Assembly (NCBI GenBank): GCA_041666145.1
Contig: JBAYHK010000001.1
Location: 3,810-67,809 of the forward strand
Reading direction: 5' to 3'
Length of the DNA: 64,000 nt
From: Patescibacteria group bacterium
GTDB lineage: Bacteria; Patescibacteriota; Patescibacteriia; UBA9934
The notes under the pieces were generated by a model that worked only from the letters and a program-made list of their open reading frames with translations, was not told the origin of the DNA and ran no database searches. The first letter of the stretch is position 1; every line of letters starts with the position of its first letter. Of this stretch, positions 49,080 to 58,309 are shown one piece after another. A program made the position numbers and the translations under genes.

Positions 49080-49724
49080 ATGCAAAAAATTCTTCTCATT
49101 CATGGCTATGCCACGAAATTAAAAGCCTCAATTTTCAAATCTCCATACTCAGATGACGAAGGGTTCACTGCGTTTCACAATTCCATCGATTCTGGAGAAA
49201 TTGATGTTTTCCACTGGGGGATTCCGCGATCACTTTCGTTCATACAAGCGTTGAATCCGTTTTCATATCTTTCGCTCTATCAAGAAGAAGAACTGCGCAC
49301 GAAATCGAGCGAGATTCAGCAAAAGCTTTTTAACACAATCGAATCTTCAAAAATCGAAAAAGTCATCTGTCACTCCATGGGATGCAGACTGCTACTTCAA
49401 ACAATCAACGCAATTGGATTACCCGGATCGGTTCAATCGATAATTTTCCTCCAGGCCGATATCGATGGCAATGCAACAATATCGAACTCCAATATTGCAA
49501 ATCGACTCAGTCAAAAAACGCTTACACTAAAAAACTTTCACTGTTTCTGGGACCCAACACTTCTCATCTCATCGCTCCTACACAAAAACATCCGTATTGG
49601 ACTCCGATCATGGAACCAGCCCAATATTAAAAACCAGCTCTTCCCGCTTCTACGCCTACCGAATCTTCATATGAATCCGCTGAGAAATAAACAAACCGTA
49701 GAAAAAATCCTTCGCTCTAGTTAA
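49080..49724 (+). CDS. alpha/beta-hydrolase-fold protein
   Basis: ILLIHG and nucleophile elbow CHSMG. Confidence 0.75.
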   Translation: MQKILLIHGYATKLKASIFKSPYSDDEGFTAFHNSIDSGEIDVFHWGIPRSLSFIQALNPFSYLSLYQEEELRTKSSEIQQKLFNTIESSKIEKVICHSMGCRLLLQTINAIGLPGSVQSIIFLQADIDGNATISNSNIANRLSQKTLTLKNFHCFWDPTLLISSLLHKNIRIGLRSWNQPNIKNQLFPLLRLPNLHMNPLRNKQTVEKILRSS

Positions 49725-50277
49725 GTTCCTCGTTCAAAATATTCAAAAGAATGCGCTCACCATCTTCTGCGCGCTCAAAATGTTCTGGATGAAACTGCAA
49801 TCCATACATCGGCCGACTCTTATGACGAAACATTTCAATACCATGATCAGATTCAGCAAGAACTTCAAAACATTCTGGCAACTCCTTCACCAGCCATCGG
49901 TGATGCTCATAAACTGAAAATTGCTCTTGGCTATTAAAAATACTCTCATGGTGAAGAACACGAATCTGCGTTATGCCAGCATGATCTTCTGCGTCCCTTT
50001 CAAGTCTTCCACCAAAAGTATCTGCGAGAAGTTCACATCCAAAACAAATGCCAATAAGGAGTTTCTTTGCGTCATGGATCAATCGAATTTCATCTTTTAA
50101 CCAAGACTCATGACCAACAATCTCAAACAAACTTCCACCAGAAAGAATGATTCCATCAAAATTCGATAATTTCACTCCTCGAATTTCATTCCATGAATAA
50201 AGATCGCATTTGCCTGGGATCGCGCGCTCTAACTGGCGCAGAAGCGTTGTCCCGTTGTCGATCAGAAGAAAATTCAT
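49717..50277 (-). CDS. Class I glutamine amidotransferase
   Basis: LLIDNG, IILSGG, GICFG, LQFHPE. Confidence 0.9.
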   Translation of the reverse strand: MNFLLIDNGTTLLRQLERAIPGKCDLYSWNEIRGVKLSNFDGIILSGGSLFEIVGHESWLKDEIRLIHDAKKLLIGICFGCELLADTFGGRLERDAEDHAGITQIRVLHHESIFNSQEQFSVYEHHRWLVKELPECFEVLAESDHGIEMFRHKSRPMYGLQFHPEHFERAEDGERILLNILNEELN

Positions 50278-50329
50278 AAGAAAAGCATACAATAAAAAAT
50301 CTCCGACCATCATGATCGGAGATTCTTTT

Positions 50330-50563
50330 TTACTTCTTCCATCGTGGAGCAAAACGCATGCTCCAAACAAAGAACATTACGGCCAGCGGATTCATGCCTT
50401 GTTTCAACATGGCATCGCGGCAAATCTTTTGAAAGCCTTTAAAATCTCCTTCGTAACAAAGCTTTCCGTCTCTGAAACAATACGTACAGTAATCTGGATT
50501 CTCACGCTTGCCAGGATCCTTTGAAAAAGGCATCAAACAACTCGCGCAGTTCTGTCGTGTCAT
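50330..50563 (-). CDS. Small zinc-ribbon protein
   Basis: CASCLMP...YCTYCFRDG...APRW. Confidence 0.75.
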   Translation of the reverse strand: MTRQNCASCLMPFSKDPGKRENPDYCTYCFRDGKLCYEGDFKGFQKICRDAMLKQGMNPLAVMFFVWSMRFAPRWKK

Positions 50564-50707
50564 AAATTGAGGGGCTCAAAAAATGAGTTTTATTCTTTAT
50601 TACTGTCTTTATGTTTCTTTACAATCCCATAAATACCCCAAGAAATCAGAGCGAGCGATAAAACAAACCATACAATATTTTCATTTGGCATAATCCGAGA
50701 TCATTAT

Positions 50708-51277
50708 CTATTTCGCAACGCGCTCGACGTAATCACCGCTTTCGGTGTTTACAAGAACGTCGTCGCCTTCTTTAATAAAAATCGGAACGCGAATAACCAA
50801 TCCGTTATCGACTTTCGCGTCTTTAAGCACATTGCCAGACGCAGTGTCACCTTTTACTGCAGGCTCAGTTTCCATGATCTTATATTGAATCTTCAGCGGC
50901 AATTCCATAGAAATCGCCTTCTCGCCGTGCATGATGATCACAACATCAAGCCCTTCTTTCAGATACTTCGCATCTTCACCAACCATGTCTCGGCCCAACG
51001 TAATTTGTTCGTATGACTGGCCGTCCATGAACGTAAGCGTGTCTGCGTCGCTAAAGATAAACTGCATCTTTCTGTAATTCACCGTTTCAAACGTCAACGA
51101 CTCCGCAGACTTAAAGTTGTTCTCAACAACCTTTCCAGAAGAAAGCGACTTAATACGCGTTCGGACAAATGAGCTTCCCTTTCCTGGAGAAACGCGCTGG
51201 AATCCTGTAACAACCCAAAGTTCACCACCTCCCATATTAATAACGGTCCCTTTTTTAATGTCGTTTGGCGATGCCAT
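50708..51277 (-). CDS. efp: Elongation factor P
   Basis: SPGKGSSFVR, EPAVKGDTA, VPIFIKEGD, GDYVER. Confidence 0.98.
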   Translation of the reverse strand: MASPNDIKKGTVINMGGGELWVVTGFQRVSPGKGSSFVRTRIKSLSSGKVVENNFKSAESLTFETVNYRKMQFIFSDADTLTFMDGQSYEQITLGRDMVGEDAKYLKEGLDVVIIMHGEKAISMELPLKIQYKIMETEPAVKGDTASGNVLKDAKVDNGLVIRVPIFIKEGDDVLVNTESGDYVERVAK

Positions 51278-51306
51278 AAGCTGCAGTATGAATCGAATGA
51301 AAGTGA

Positions 51307-52278
51307 TTAGTAGCGAAGTGATGGCGGAAACAAATGAATGCTATCAATGTCCTTTGCTCCAGCCGCAAGCATGACCAAACGGTCAACACCAAGTGCGTTC
51401 CCGTAGGTATGTGACGCCACGGATTCTAGCTGAGTAAGAAGCTCTTCGTCAATCGGGAACACTTCTTTTTTGGCCAATCTTCGCTCTTCTCCTTCAAGTA
51501 AAAATCGACGACGCTGTTCTGCACTATCTGTAAGCTCGGTAAACCCGTTGCACATTTCAAGTTCTCCAACAAACGCTTCGAAGCGTTCGGCGTATCTTCC
51601 GTCTGGTCCGACTTTCGATAATGACGCACATGGAATTGGGAACTCGCACAACATGTATCGCTCTGGCACATCGACCGTCAGCCAAACAACGGCGTAAAAA
51701 AGTCGATCGATAATTTCGTGCGTTGGTTCCTCATCAACTGGAGCATCGAGATTGAAACGGCGGCATGCATCAATAAGCTCTTTTCGACTTTCTTCAAACG
51801 GAACAAAGCCGATCACTCGTTCAAACTCGTTCACGTAACTAATTCGCTTCCATTCGTCAGATCGATGGAGCACGAAATTAATAAGCTCCCCCGTTTCTGT
51901 CATGAGCGCCCGATAATCATCGCCCTGGCAATACCATTCAAGCATCGTAAACTCAATGCTCCATCGTTGCCCCGGCATTTCACGATCTCGAAATACGGGA
52001 GCGAGCGTAAAAATTCGCTCCATGCCACCACCAAGAAGTTTCTTCATGCTGTATTCCGGGCTTGTTATCAATCCCATTCGCGTTGAATGCGCCTGCGGAC
52101 CGTCGGTATGAACGTCAACGGCAAGTGGCGACAGATTCGGTTCCATCCCAGGCGACTTCACTACAATCGGCGTTGCTACTTCAATGAAATTTCGCGATCG
52201 AAAAAACTCGCGAATACTGTCTGTAACATCATTCCAGAGTTTTGCACGAAATTCGAGGTCTTGTTTTGTAAGAGACAT
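51307..52278 (-). CDS. epmA: EF-P lysine aminoacylase (EpmA/GenX)
   Basis: LysRS catalytic core without an anticodon domain: TSPEYSMKKLL, EFTMLEWY, ERFE, ELTDSAEQRRRF, ALGVDRLVM; adjacent to efp. Confidence 0.92.
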   Translation of the reverse strand: MSLTKQDLEFRAKLWNDVTDSIREFFRSRNFIEVATPIVVKSPGMEPNLSPLAVDVHTDGPQAHSTRMGLITSPEYSMKKLLGGGMERIFTLAPVFRDREMPGQRWSIEFTMLEWYCQGDDYRALMTETGELINFVLHRSDEWKRISYVNEFERVIGFVPFEESRKELIDACRRFNLDAPVDEEPTHEIIDRLFYAVVWLTVDVPERYMLCEFPIPCASLSKVGPDGRYAERFEAFVGELEMCNGFTELTDSAEQRRRFLLEGEERRLAKKEVFPIDEELLTQLESVASHTYGNALGVDRLVMLAAGAKDIDSIHLFPPSLRY

Positions 52279-52335
52279 AGAAAATTCATTATTACAAACA
52301 AAAGAATGGCTCTCGCCACTCTTTTGAGTCAAACA

Positions 52336-52566
52336 TTATGTCAAAACGAAAGGAAGAAGCGCGATGATGCGAGCGCGCTTGATCTCTGTAGAAATCTGAC
52401 GCTGGTGCTTTGCGCACAAACCGCTTCGCTTGCTTGCAACAATCTTACCGAATGAAGAAACAAAGCGCTTCAAAACTTCCGTATTCTTGTAGTCAATCGC
52501 AACGTCACGATTCACGCAGAAGTAACAGTATCGTTCATCTTTCTTATTGTGTGCAGAAGTTGTCAT
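52336..52566 (-). CDS. rpsR: 30S ribosomal protein S18
   Basis: CYFC...IDYKN...GKI...CAKHQR...IKRAR. Confidence 0.97.
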   Translation of the reverse strand: MTTSAHNKKDERYCYFCVNRDVAIDYKNTEVLKRFVSSFGKIVASKRSGLCAKHQRQISTEIKRARIIALLPFVLT

Positions 52567-52574
52567 AAATGATT

Positions 52575-53024
52575 TTAAAATGGAATATCTTCTAATTTGA
52601 TCTCGTCATCCGGATTCGCTGCTGGTTCATCCGCCATTGCTGCCGCGCCTGTGCTGAGCGCTGGACCAGGAGTTCCTGCAGTCGGGCTTCCGCCGCGATC
52701 AAGCATGATCATGTTTTCGGCAACGATCTCTGTTCGGTAACGCTTCTGGCCGTCTTGCCCTTCCCAATCTCTGGTTTGAATTCGACCATCAACGTAAACT
52801 TTCTTTCCCTTTACCAAGTACTGCGCACAAATCTCCCCGAGCTTTCCCCACGCAATAATGTTGTGATACTCAGGCTGATCTTTCTTTACTCCGCTTGCGT
52901 CAGTATACGAACGATTTGTCGCAAGAGAGAAGGAACAGACTGACTGACCACCTGTTGTTTTTCGAAGCTCTGGTTCGCGCGTTAAATTGCCAATAAGCAT
53001 GACCTTATTCAGAGAGCCTGCCAT
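52575..53024 (-). CDS. ssb: Single-stranded DNA-binding protein
   Basis: LNKVMLIGNLTREPE, C-terminal DIPF. Confidence 0.98.
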   Translation of the reverse strand: MAGSLNKVMLIGNLTREPELRKTTGGQSVCSFSLATNRSYTDASGVKKDQPEYHNIIAWGKLGEICAQYLVKGKKVYVDGRIQTRDWEGQDGQKRYRTEIVAENMIMLDRGGSPTAGTPGPALSTGAAAMADEPAANPDDEIKLEDIPF

Positions 53025-53039
53025 AGGACAAAAGGATTC

Positions 53040-53519
53040 TTAGATATTTTTCATGATATCGGAATCGAGGATCTGATCGAGCTTGTCGTTAAGCTCTGCA
53101 GTAGACATTCGCGTCTTCTCTACCGCTTCTGCTGGACGATCAGTTCGTGGACGCTCTTCACGTTCTCCAGCACGACGACCTTCTGCATTCAACGGTGGAA
53201 CGTATGACGTCATACGGAATGTTGCCGCTGGAATTCCTTCTGGACGCGCAACAATCATGTGACGAAGCACAAACTCTGACAACTTCATATCCGTATCAAT
53301 TTTCTGCACTTTTTCACCGTCAACGGAAACGTACGAAAGAATGTAGGTTCCAAAACGAATGTGATCAACTGGATATGCCAATTTGATCTTTCCTAAGTTC
53401 GTAGTCTTTTCTACTTTTCCTCCTGCGTTTGTAAACACGGTCTCAATATTTGCGACTGCGCCGTCAATCTCAGAATCTGAGTACTTTGACGGGATGATTG
53501 CGATGATCTCGTAGATCAT
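53040..53519 (-). CDS. rpsF: 30S ribosomal protein S6
   Basis: YEII, GKIKLAYPV, VLRHMIV; rpsF-ssb-rpsR order. Confidence 0.95.
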   Translation of the reverse strand: MIYEIIAIIPSKYSDSEIDGAVANIETVFTNAGGKVEKTTNLGKIKLAYPVDHIRFGTYILSYVSVDGEKVQKIDTDMKLSEFVLRHMIVARPEGIPAATFRMTSYVPPLNAEGRRAGEREERPRTDRPAEAVEKTRMSTAELNDKLDQILDSDIMKNI

Positions 53520-53523
53520 AAAT

Positions 53524-53565
53524 GGTTGCTCGGCCCACTTTTATGGGCAGCCCCGTGGGCTTTGG
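53524..53565 (-). promoter_or_regulatory. Probable S6:S18 autoregulatory leader
   Basis: CTGCCCAT-AAAA-GTGGGC-CG hairpin with a 3' CCG just before the rpsF ATG, resembling the known S6:S18 leader. Confidence 0.5.
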
Positions 53566-53734
53566 ACAAGAATAAGTGGCCAGACTGTACCCGAGCACCC
53601 CCTTGCCGTCAAGACAAAAATTTGCTAATCTCAGCCGTCCGCCGCGTTCGTATTAATGTCGATACGCAGCGAAGACCCTTCCAAAACCAACTTCACGCAC
53701 TTACTTTCACCGGCCACGCCGGAATGGAGACCTC

Positions 53735-55459
53735 ATGACCGCACCTGCGACAAGCACCCTTCCGCGCCGATATAAACTAAGCGTAATGCTCGGACAAGGC
53801 TCTTTCGGGGAAGTTTGGAAAGCCTGGGATGAAAATCTTCACGCACATGTCGTGATCAAAATCATGAAAGAAGACCTGGCAGAAAATGAAAGCCTCAGAC
53901 TTCGATTTTTCGAAGAGGCGCGAACCATGTTCTCTCTTACAAAGAGAGGCGGTAAATGGTGCCATCGCATAACAGAGGTTCTCGACGTAAGCAATCAAGA
54001 AGCCAAAATCCCCTACATGGTTCTCGAATTCGTTCCAAAAGGGAATTTGAAAGAAAGGCTCCAAAGAGAAAAACCGAGTATCAACGCAGCGCTACAAATG
54101 TTTCTAATGATTCTTCAGGGAATACACGTCGCGCATCATCGCATACTCGACGAAAAACCGGCTGGAGTAATTCATAGAGACATCAAGCCAGAGAACATCC
54201 TCCTCACACATTCTGGCGAACCAAAAATCACCGACTTCGGCGTTGCAAAAGCAGGACAGGTCATGACAGAAACGGGAGTTCAAGACGTTGAGTCTGGCAC
54301 CATCGTCGGCCTTCCTACAGGAACTATGGGTTATGCATCACTAGAACAGCTCGCAGACTCATCCAGCATCGGGGTTACTTCCGACATCTACAGCCTTGGA
54401 GTTGTCCTTGCCGAACTCGTTGCCGGCTTCGATCCTCGCAACTCATGTCTCTTTCTCGAAGAAACTCAGAGAACATCCCTCAGAGAAGTCCCTGATGACA
54501 TTAAAACGGTGATTGTTCGAGCATGCAACGCACAGCCGGAAAAACGCTTCCAAACCATCGACGAGCTCATGACCGCTACGGAAGCGCTGATTGCCGCTCA
54601 TCCGAAAAAAGATGGGGAATCGGCATGGACCGCAAGGGAGAAAAAGGCCGAACCAAAAAAGGAAACTCAGCGGGAAATCTATCCGACCATAGCGCCAGAA
54701 AAAGAAAGCGTGGCCCCCGTCGAGATCGAGACGAAAAAAGAACCGACCGTCGAAATTATGAAAGACGACCGGAAAAGAAGTGGGCTCCGTATATGGATCA
54801 TGTCAGGAATTGATACAAGGCTCCTTGCCCCGATCCTTGTTGTAGCGATACTCGTCATAGTCTTCGGAGTCTTGGCATTCGGACCGAAAGAATCGGTGAT
54901 CGAAACCGTTAGTGCACCAACGGAAGTTGCAGCATCAACGGAACAGGCACCGATCGCAGCCATCGAGCCGACATCGAACGAGCCAGAAATCGCTCCAGGT
55001 CCTACGGCAGTACCGATCGAAACCGAAGAGCCAGCGATTGCCAGAACCGAAGCGGAATCGATCTCTGCGCCGATCGTTACCACCGCTCCGAAATCGGAAC
55101 CAACGAAAGCGAAGACTGAGGCTCCGAAAGTAGAAGCGCCAAAGGTCGAAGCAGTAGCCGTCACGAAGGTCACCATCCGCAACCCCGTGTCGAGCATCGG
55201 CGCGGAAGGAACCATCAAAGTAGAAGCTTCCATTGTTCTGCCAGAAGGCAAGGAGATCGGAAGTGTCACGCTTCGATGGAAAGGATCGGTCGATGGATCG
55301 TGGAAATCAACGCCGTTCGACAAAGGGAAAGCTTCGGCAAGCTTCAAAGCGACTGCTGCGATGGGAACTTCAGTCCAGTACTTCGTCGACGTTCGCCTAG
55401 CCGACAAGCCAGGCGAACCGAACAGAAGCGCGACCGTGATAGCATCGATAACGCAGTGA
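53735..55459 (+). CDS. Hanks-type Ser/Thr protein kinase, membrane-anchored with extracellular domain
   Basis: LGQGSFGEVW, VVIK, HRDIKPEN, DFG, SLEQ (APE variant), DIYSLG; TM helix; Pro/Thr/Ala linker. Confidence 0.93.
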   Translation: MTAPATSTLPRRYKLSVMLGQGSFGEVWKAWDENLHAHVVIKIMKEDLAENESLRLRFFEEARTMFSLTKRGGKWCHRITEVLDVSNQEAKIPYMVLEFVPKGNLKERLQREKPSINAALQMFLMILQGIHVAHHRILDEKPAGVIHRDIKPENILLTHSGEPKITDFGVAKAGQVMTETGVQDVESGTIVGLPTGTMGYASLEQLADSSSIGVTSDIYSLGVVLAELVAGFDPRNSCLFLEETQRTSLREVPDDIKTVIVRACNAQPEKRFQTIDELMTATEALIAAHPKKDGESAWTAREKKAEPKKETQREIYPTIAPEKESVAPVEIETKKEPTVEIMKDDRKRSGLRIWIMSGIDTRLLAPILVVAILVIVFGVLAFGPKESVIETVSAPTEVAASTEQAPIAAIEPTSNEPEIAPGPTAVPIETEEPAIARTEAESISAPIVTTAPKSEPTKAKTEAPKVEAPKVEAVAVTKVTIRNPVSSIGAEGTIKVEASIVLPEGKEIGSVTLRWKGSVDGSWKSTPFDKGKASASFKATAAMGTSVQYFVDVRLADKPGEPNRSATVIASITQ

Positions 55460-55666
55460 CCCCTACGCCTCGGAAGCAACTCCGGGGCGTTTTTTTCGGT
55501 CACAAGGTTGACGAAAGCATTTCTTATGATATTGTTTCTTGTCCGTGTTTGTTGAAAATAAAACTCTTCTGCCTGCCGTAGGCTTGAGAAAAATTTACGG
55601 TTCGGAGCAAAAGTGACAGGAGCGATAAGCTACATTCTTCTTTCATTCCAAAGGACAGCAGAACAA

Positions 55667-56050
55667 ATGATGCGGATCGACCTCCCCGTCGAAGCGCTCG
55701 ACAAAGCTATCTTCTTTTTCGGATGCTCCCACGGCTACATCATCGATCCCCACCCAGGCACACAGACAGAATGGAAAGTTGAAACCCCCCAAGACAAACA
55801 ACGTGCCTTCGGACTCAACGCTGAACTTCTTAGCGCCCTCAAGGAAGCCGAGGACGAAGGACGCGTCGGCTGGTTCACCAGAGACGACGAGACTCGACTG
55901 GAACACCACGAAAGGTGGCGACTTCTCAACGGGTTGCTCAAGCAGAACGGCCTCAATACCTTCGAAACAGAGGAGGACAAATCGTATAACACGCTAGCGG
56001 CGAGAAGACTGATTCTAGAGGCCAATCCAGGCCTCTGCGTCGTCTACTAG
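55667..56050 (+). CDS. Hypothetical protein
   Basis: AAGGA upstream, TTGACG promoter-like site at 55508, hairpin plus T-tract after stop. Confidence 0.6.
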   Translation: MMRIDLPVEALDKAIFFFGCSHGYIIDPHPGTQTEWKVETPQDKQRAFGLNAELLSALKEAEDEGRVGWFTRDDETRLEHHERWRLLNGLLKQNGLNTFETEEDKSYNTLAARRLILEANPGLCVVY

Positions 56051-56198
56051 TCGACCCTCCTATCCGAACGCATCACGAAAATCGTCTCAAGAAGAGGCGG
56101 TTTTTTGTTAATTCATAAAAACAAAACCGCCCACCGAAGTGAAAAACGCCAAACTTAGTTAGCGGCTAACGAAGTTTGAAAAATCACACGCGCAACAA

Positions 56199-56702
56199 CT
56201 AATCAACCAAAATATTCGTTCGCAAAAGAGTATTACGAATTTGATCAAGGTCGTACGTTGAATAGTCATTCCCTCGTAAATCCAACGTTTCGAGATTTGT
56301 TAGCTGGCCAAGCTCAAGCGGCAAACCGGTAAGTTGGTTGTTTGAAAGATCAAGTGTCTTAAGATGACTCAACTGACCAACCTCTGCAGGCAAGCCAGTC
56401 ATAGCGTTGTCACTCAAATCAAGAACCTCTAATTTGCTCAGCAAACGGATCTCCGCTGGAATCGCACCAGTCAGATGATTGCCGGAAAGATCGAGTTCGA
56501 TAAGGTTCGTTTGTTTAAAAACATCCTGCGATACCTGAGTAAGACCACCATTGCTTAAATCAAGTTTCGTCCCTGAAGTCGAACGAACAGCCTCCTCCTG
56601 TTGCGTACCCGTAAAAACGTCAGCCGTCGAAACGCACCCTGCCCCTATCAAAACGAACGAAAAAGCAACAGCTAGAAACAAATTCTTCAAAGACATATGC
56701 AT
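56199..56702 (-). CDS. Leucine-rich-repeat lipoprotein
   Basis: LIGAGC lipobox; repeated LxxLDLSxNxLTGLPxExGQL. Confidence 0.92.
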   Translation of the reverse strand: MHMSLKNLFLAVAFSFVLIGAGCVSTADVFTGTQQEEAVRSTSGTKLDLSNGGLTQVSQDVFKQTNLIELDLSGNHLTGAIPAEIRLLSKLEVLDLSDNAMTGLPAEVGQLSHLKTLDLSNNQLTGLPLELGQLTNLETLDLRGNDYSTYDLDQIRNTLLRTNILVD

Positions 56703-56733
56703 TGTTATTTTTATACAACAGGCCGTATAAAAC

Positions 56734-57219
56734 TTATCGGCTTAAGACTTGTTCAATAAAAGCACTCTTCCCGGCCAGATACACACTTCCTCCGGTTGGA
56801 TCTTCTTCGAGAAGTCGGAATTTGAGCGCTTCATATTCATGGGCTGCCTCTGGGTGAGCGCGAAGATAATCTCGAAAAAGAATCTGGCGATTCCAATAAC
56901 CAAACTTATCTTTTTGCGCGAGAGAAAGATGAAAGCTTACCGGATCACCTTTTCTAAAAAATAAACGTTCTTGCGAAGAAGATTCAGGAAAGTACTGATA
57001 TCCAATTCTCGATAAGGGTTCGATGAATTGATGCGCGTTTTCAATGGAGGGAATTGCGACCGCAATATCGATAATTGGTTTCGCGGCAATACCCGGTATA
57101 GCAGTGCTACCAATGTGCTCAATCTCTAAAAGAGGATCTTCCAGAGTTTGACGGATTAAGGCACTTTCATCCAGAAATTGCCGACCCCATGAAAGGGATG
57201 ATGACTGTAAAACTTTCAT
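56734..57219 (-). CDS. GrpB/UPF0157 nucleotidyltransferase-like protein
   Basis: IEHIGSTAIPGIAAKPIIDI, FRDYLR, YEALK. Confidence 0.92.
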   Translation of the reverse strand: MKVLQSSSLSWGRQFLDESALIRQTLEDPLLEIEHIGSTAIPGIAAKPIIDIAVAIPSIENAHQFIEPLSRIGYQYFPESSSQERLFFRKGDPVSFHLSLAQKDKFGYWNRQILFRDYLRAHPEAAHEYEALKFRLLEEDPTGGSVYLAGKSAFIEQVLSR

Positions 57220-57252
57220 AAGGTTTTGATTCTACATCCAGCTGTCTGATTC

Positions 57253-58191
57253 TTATTTTGCGCTTGTACGTTCAAGGATTGAAAACCCATCTTGAACCGC
57301 GTCGCAGAGATAATCTTCCAGCTGACTATGGTCACCATTCGTTTGCGCTTTGTTTAAATACGTATAATATAGTCGTTTTTGTTCCTGACGAATAACGGCT
57401 GGCGCATAGTTAGCCGCAAGCATCATCGCATTCATAAGAAGCCGTCCTACGCGTCCATTACCATCAGAAAACGGATGTATCTGCTCAAAACGAGCATGAA
57501 TCTTTGTAGATATACTCACAATGTCGCCGCCGTGCTTCTTATTCGCAACCTCTCTCATAACTTCCTGCATCAAATCCGGCACACGAAGGTAATTTGCAGT
57601 AGGAACGTTCACGCCAACAATCCTCACTGCATGATTACGATACAAACCGGCATCAGGCCGAACGCCGTTCATAAGAATACTGTGAAGTTTAAGAACAAAT
57701 TCCTCATCCAGCCTCTCACCATTTTTAACATGGTCAAATAAGTAGTTTAAAGCAGTTTGATGATTCTTCGCCTCCAATTGTTCAGACATGGTCTTGCCAG
57801 ACAGAGCGACGTTATCAAAAAGAATCGCCGCCGTATCTGGCTCCGTGAGCGTGCTCCCCTCTATGCAATTACTGTGATAGGTAAGCTTTAGAATGAATTG
57901 GTCGCGAACATCTGGATGATTCAAAATTTCATCAATTACGCCTTTATATTCTGCCGACTTCTCATGCAAGAATTTCTTCTTAGCCCTAATCTGTTCGTCT
58001 GAGATAACTTTTCCTCCAGTCACCTCCAAAAAAAGGTCTTCAATTGCAGTAATCATTTTTGGACGTGGAACAGATTTGCCAGTCCACCAACCATTAAATG
58101 CCACAAAAGAAACCCCAATTCTTTCAGCCAGCTTTGTCTGAGTCACTCCCAACGAAGTTTTGATGATTTCAAGCTTTTGGCGCGTAGTCAT
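57253..58191 (-). CDS. Fic-domain protein with N-terminal XRE-type HTH
   Basis: LGVTQTKLAERIGVS HTH; SNCIEG; canonical HPFSDGNGRVGR. Confidence 0.93.
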   Translation of the reverse strand: MTTRQKLEIIKTSLGVTQTKLAERIGVSFVAFNGWWTGKSVPRPKMITAIEDLFLEVTGGKVISDEQIRAKKKFLHEKSAEYKGVIDEILNHPDVRDQFILKLTYHSNCIEGSTLTEPDTAAILFDNVALSGKTMSEQLEAKNHQTALNYLFDHVKNGERLDEEFVLKLHSILMNGVRPDAGLYRNHAVRIVGVNVPTANYLRVPDLMQEVMREVANKKHGGDIVSISTKIHARFEQIHPFSDGNGRVGRLLMNAMMLAANYAPAVIRQEQKRLYYTYLNKAQTNGDHSQLEDYLCDAVQDGFSILERTSAK

Positions 58192-58207
58192 AGATTAATC
58201 TCAAAAT

Positions 58208-58257
58208 AGCAAACTTTATAAAGTTAGTCAAAGTACAGCAAACTTTATAAAGTTTGC
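58208..58257. promoter_or_regulatory. Tandem palindromic operators upstream of the HTH-Fic gene
   Basis: AGCAAACTTTATAAAGTT twice (58208-58225, 58237-58254); core AACTTTATAAAGTT is a perfect palindrome. Confidence 0.7.
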
Positions 58258-58309
58258 CCAAGACCGCTCCTTTGCATCTCTTCCCCCTTTCCTCTACACT
58301 TTTTCTCCT

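Noticed and set aside
54679-55503. 274-aa minus-strand ORF (also 25693-26346 + and 17040-17597 -)
   Set aside because: These are antisense shadows of better-supported genes, with no motifs or expression signals.
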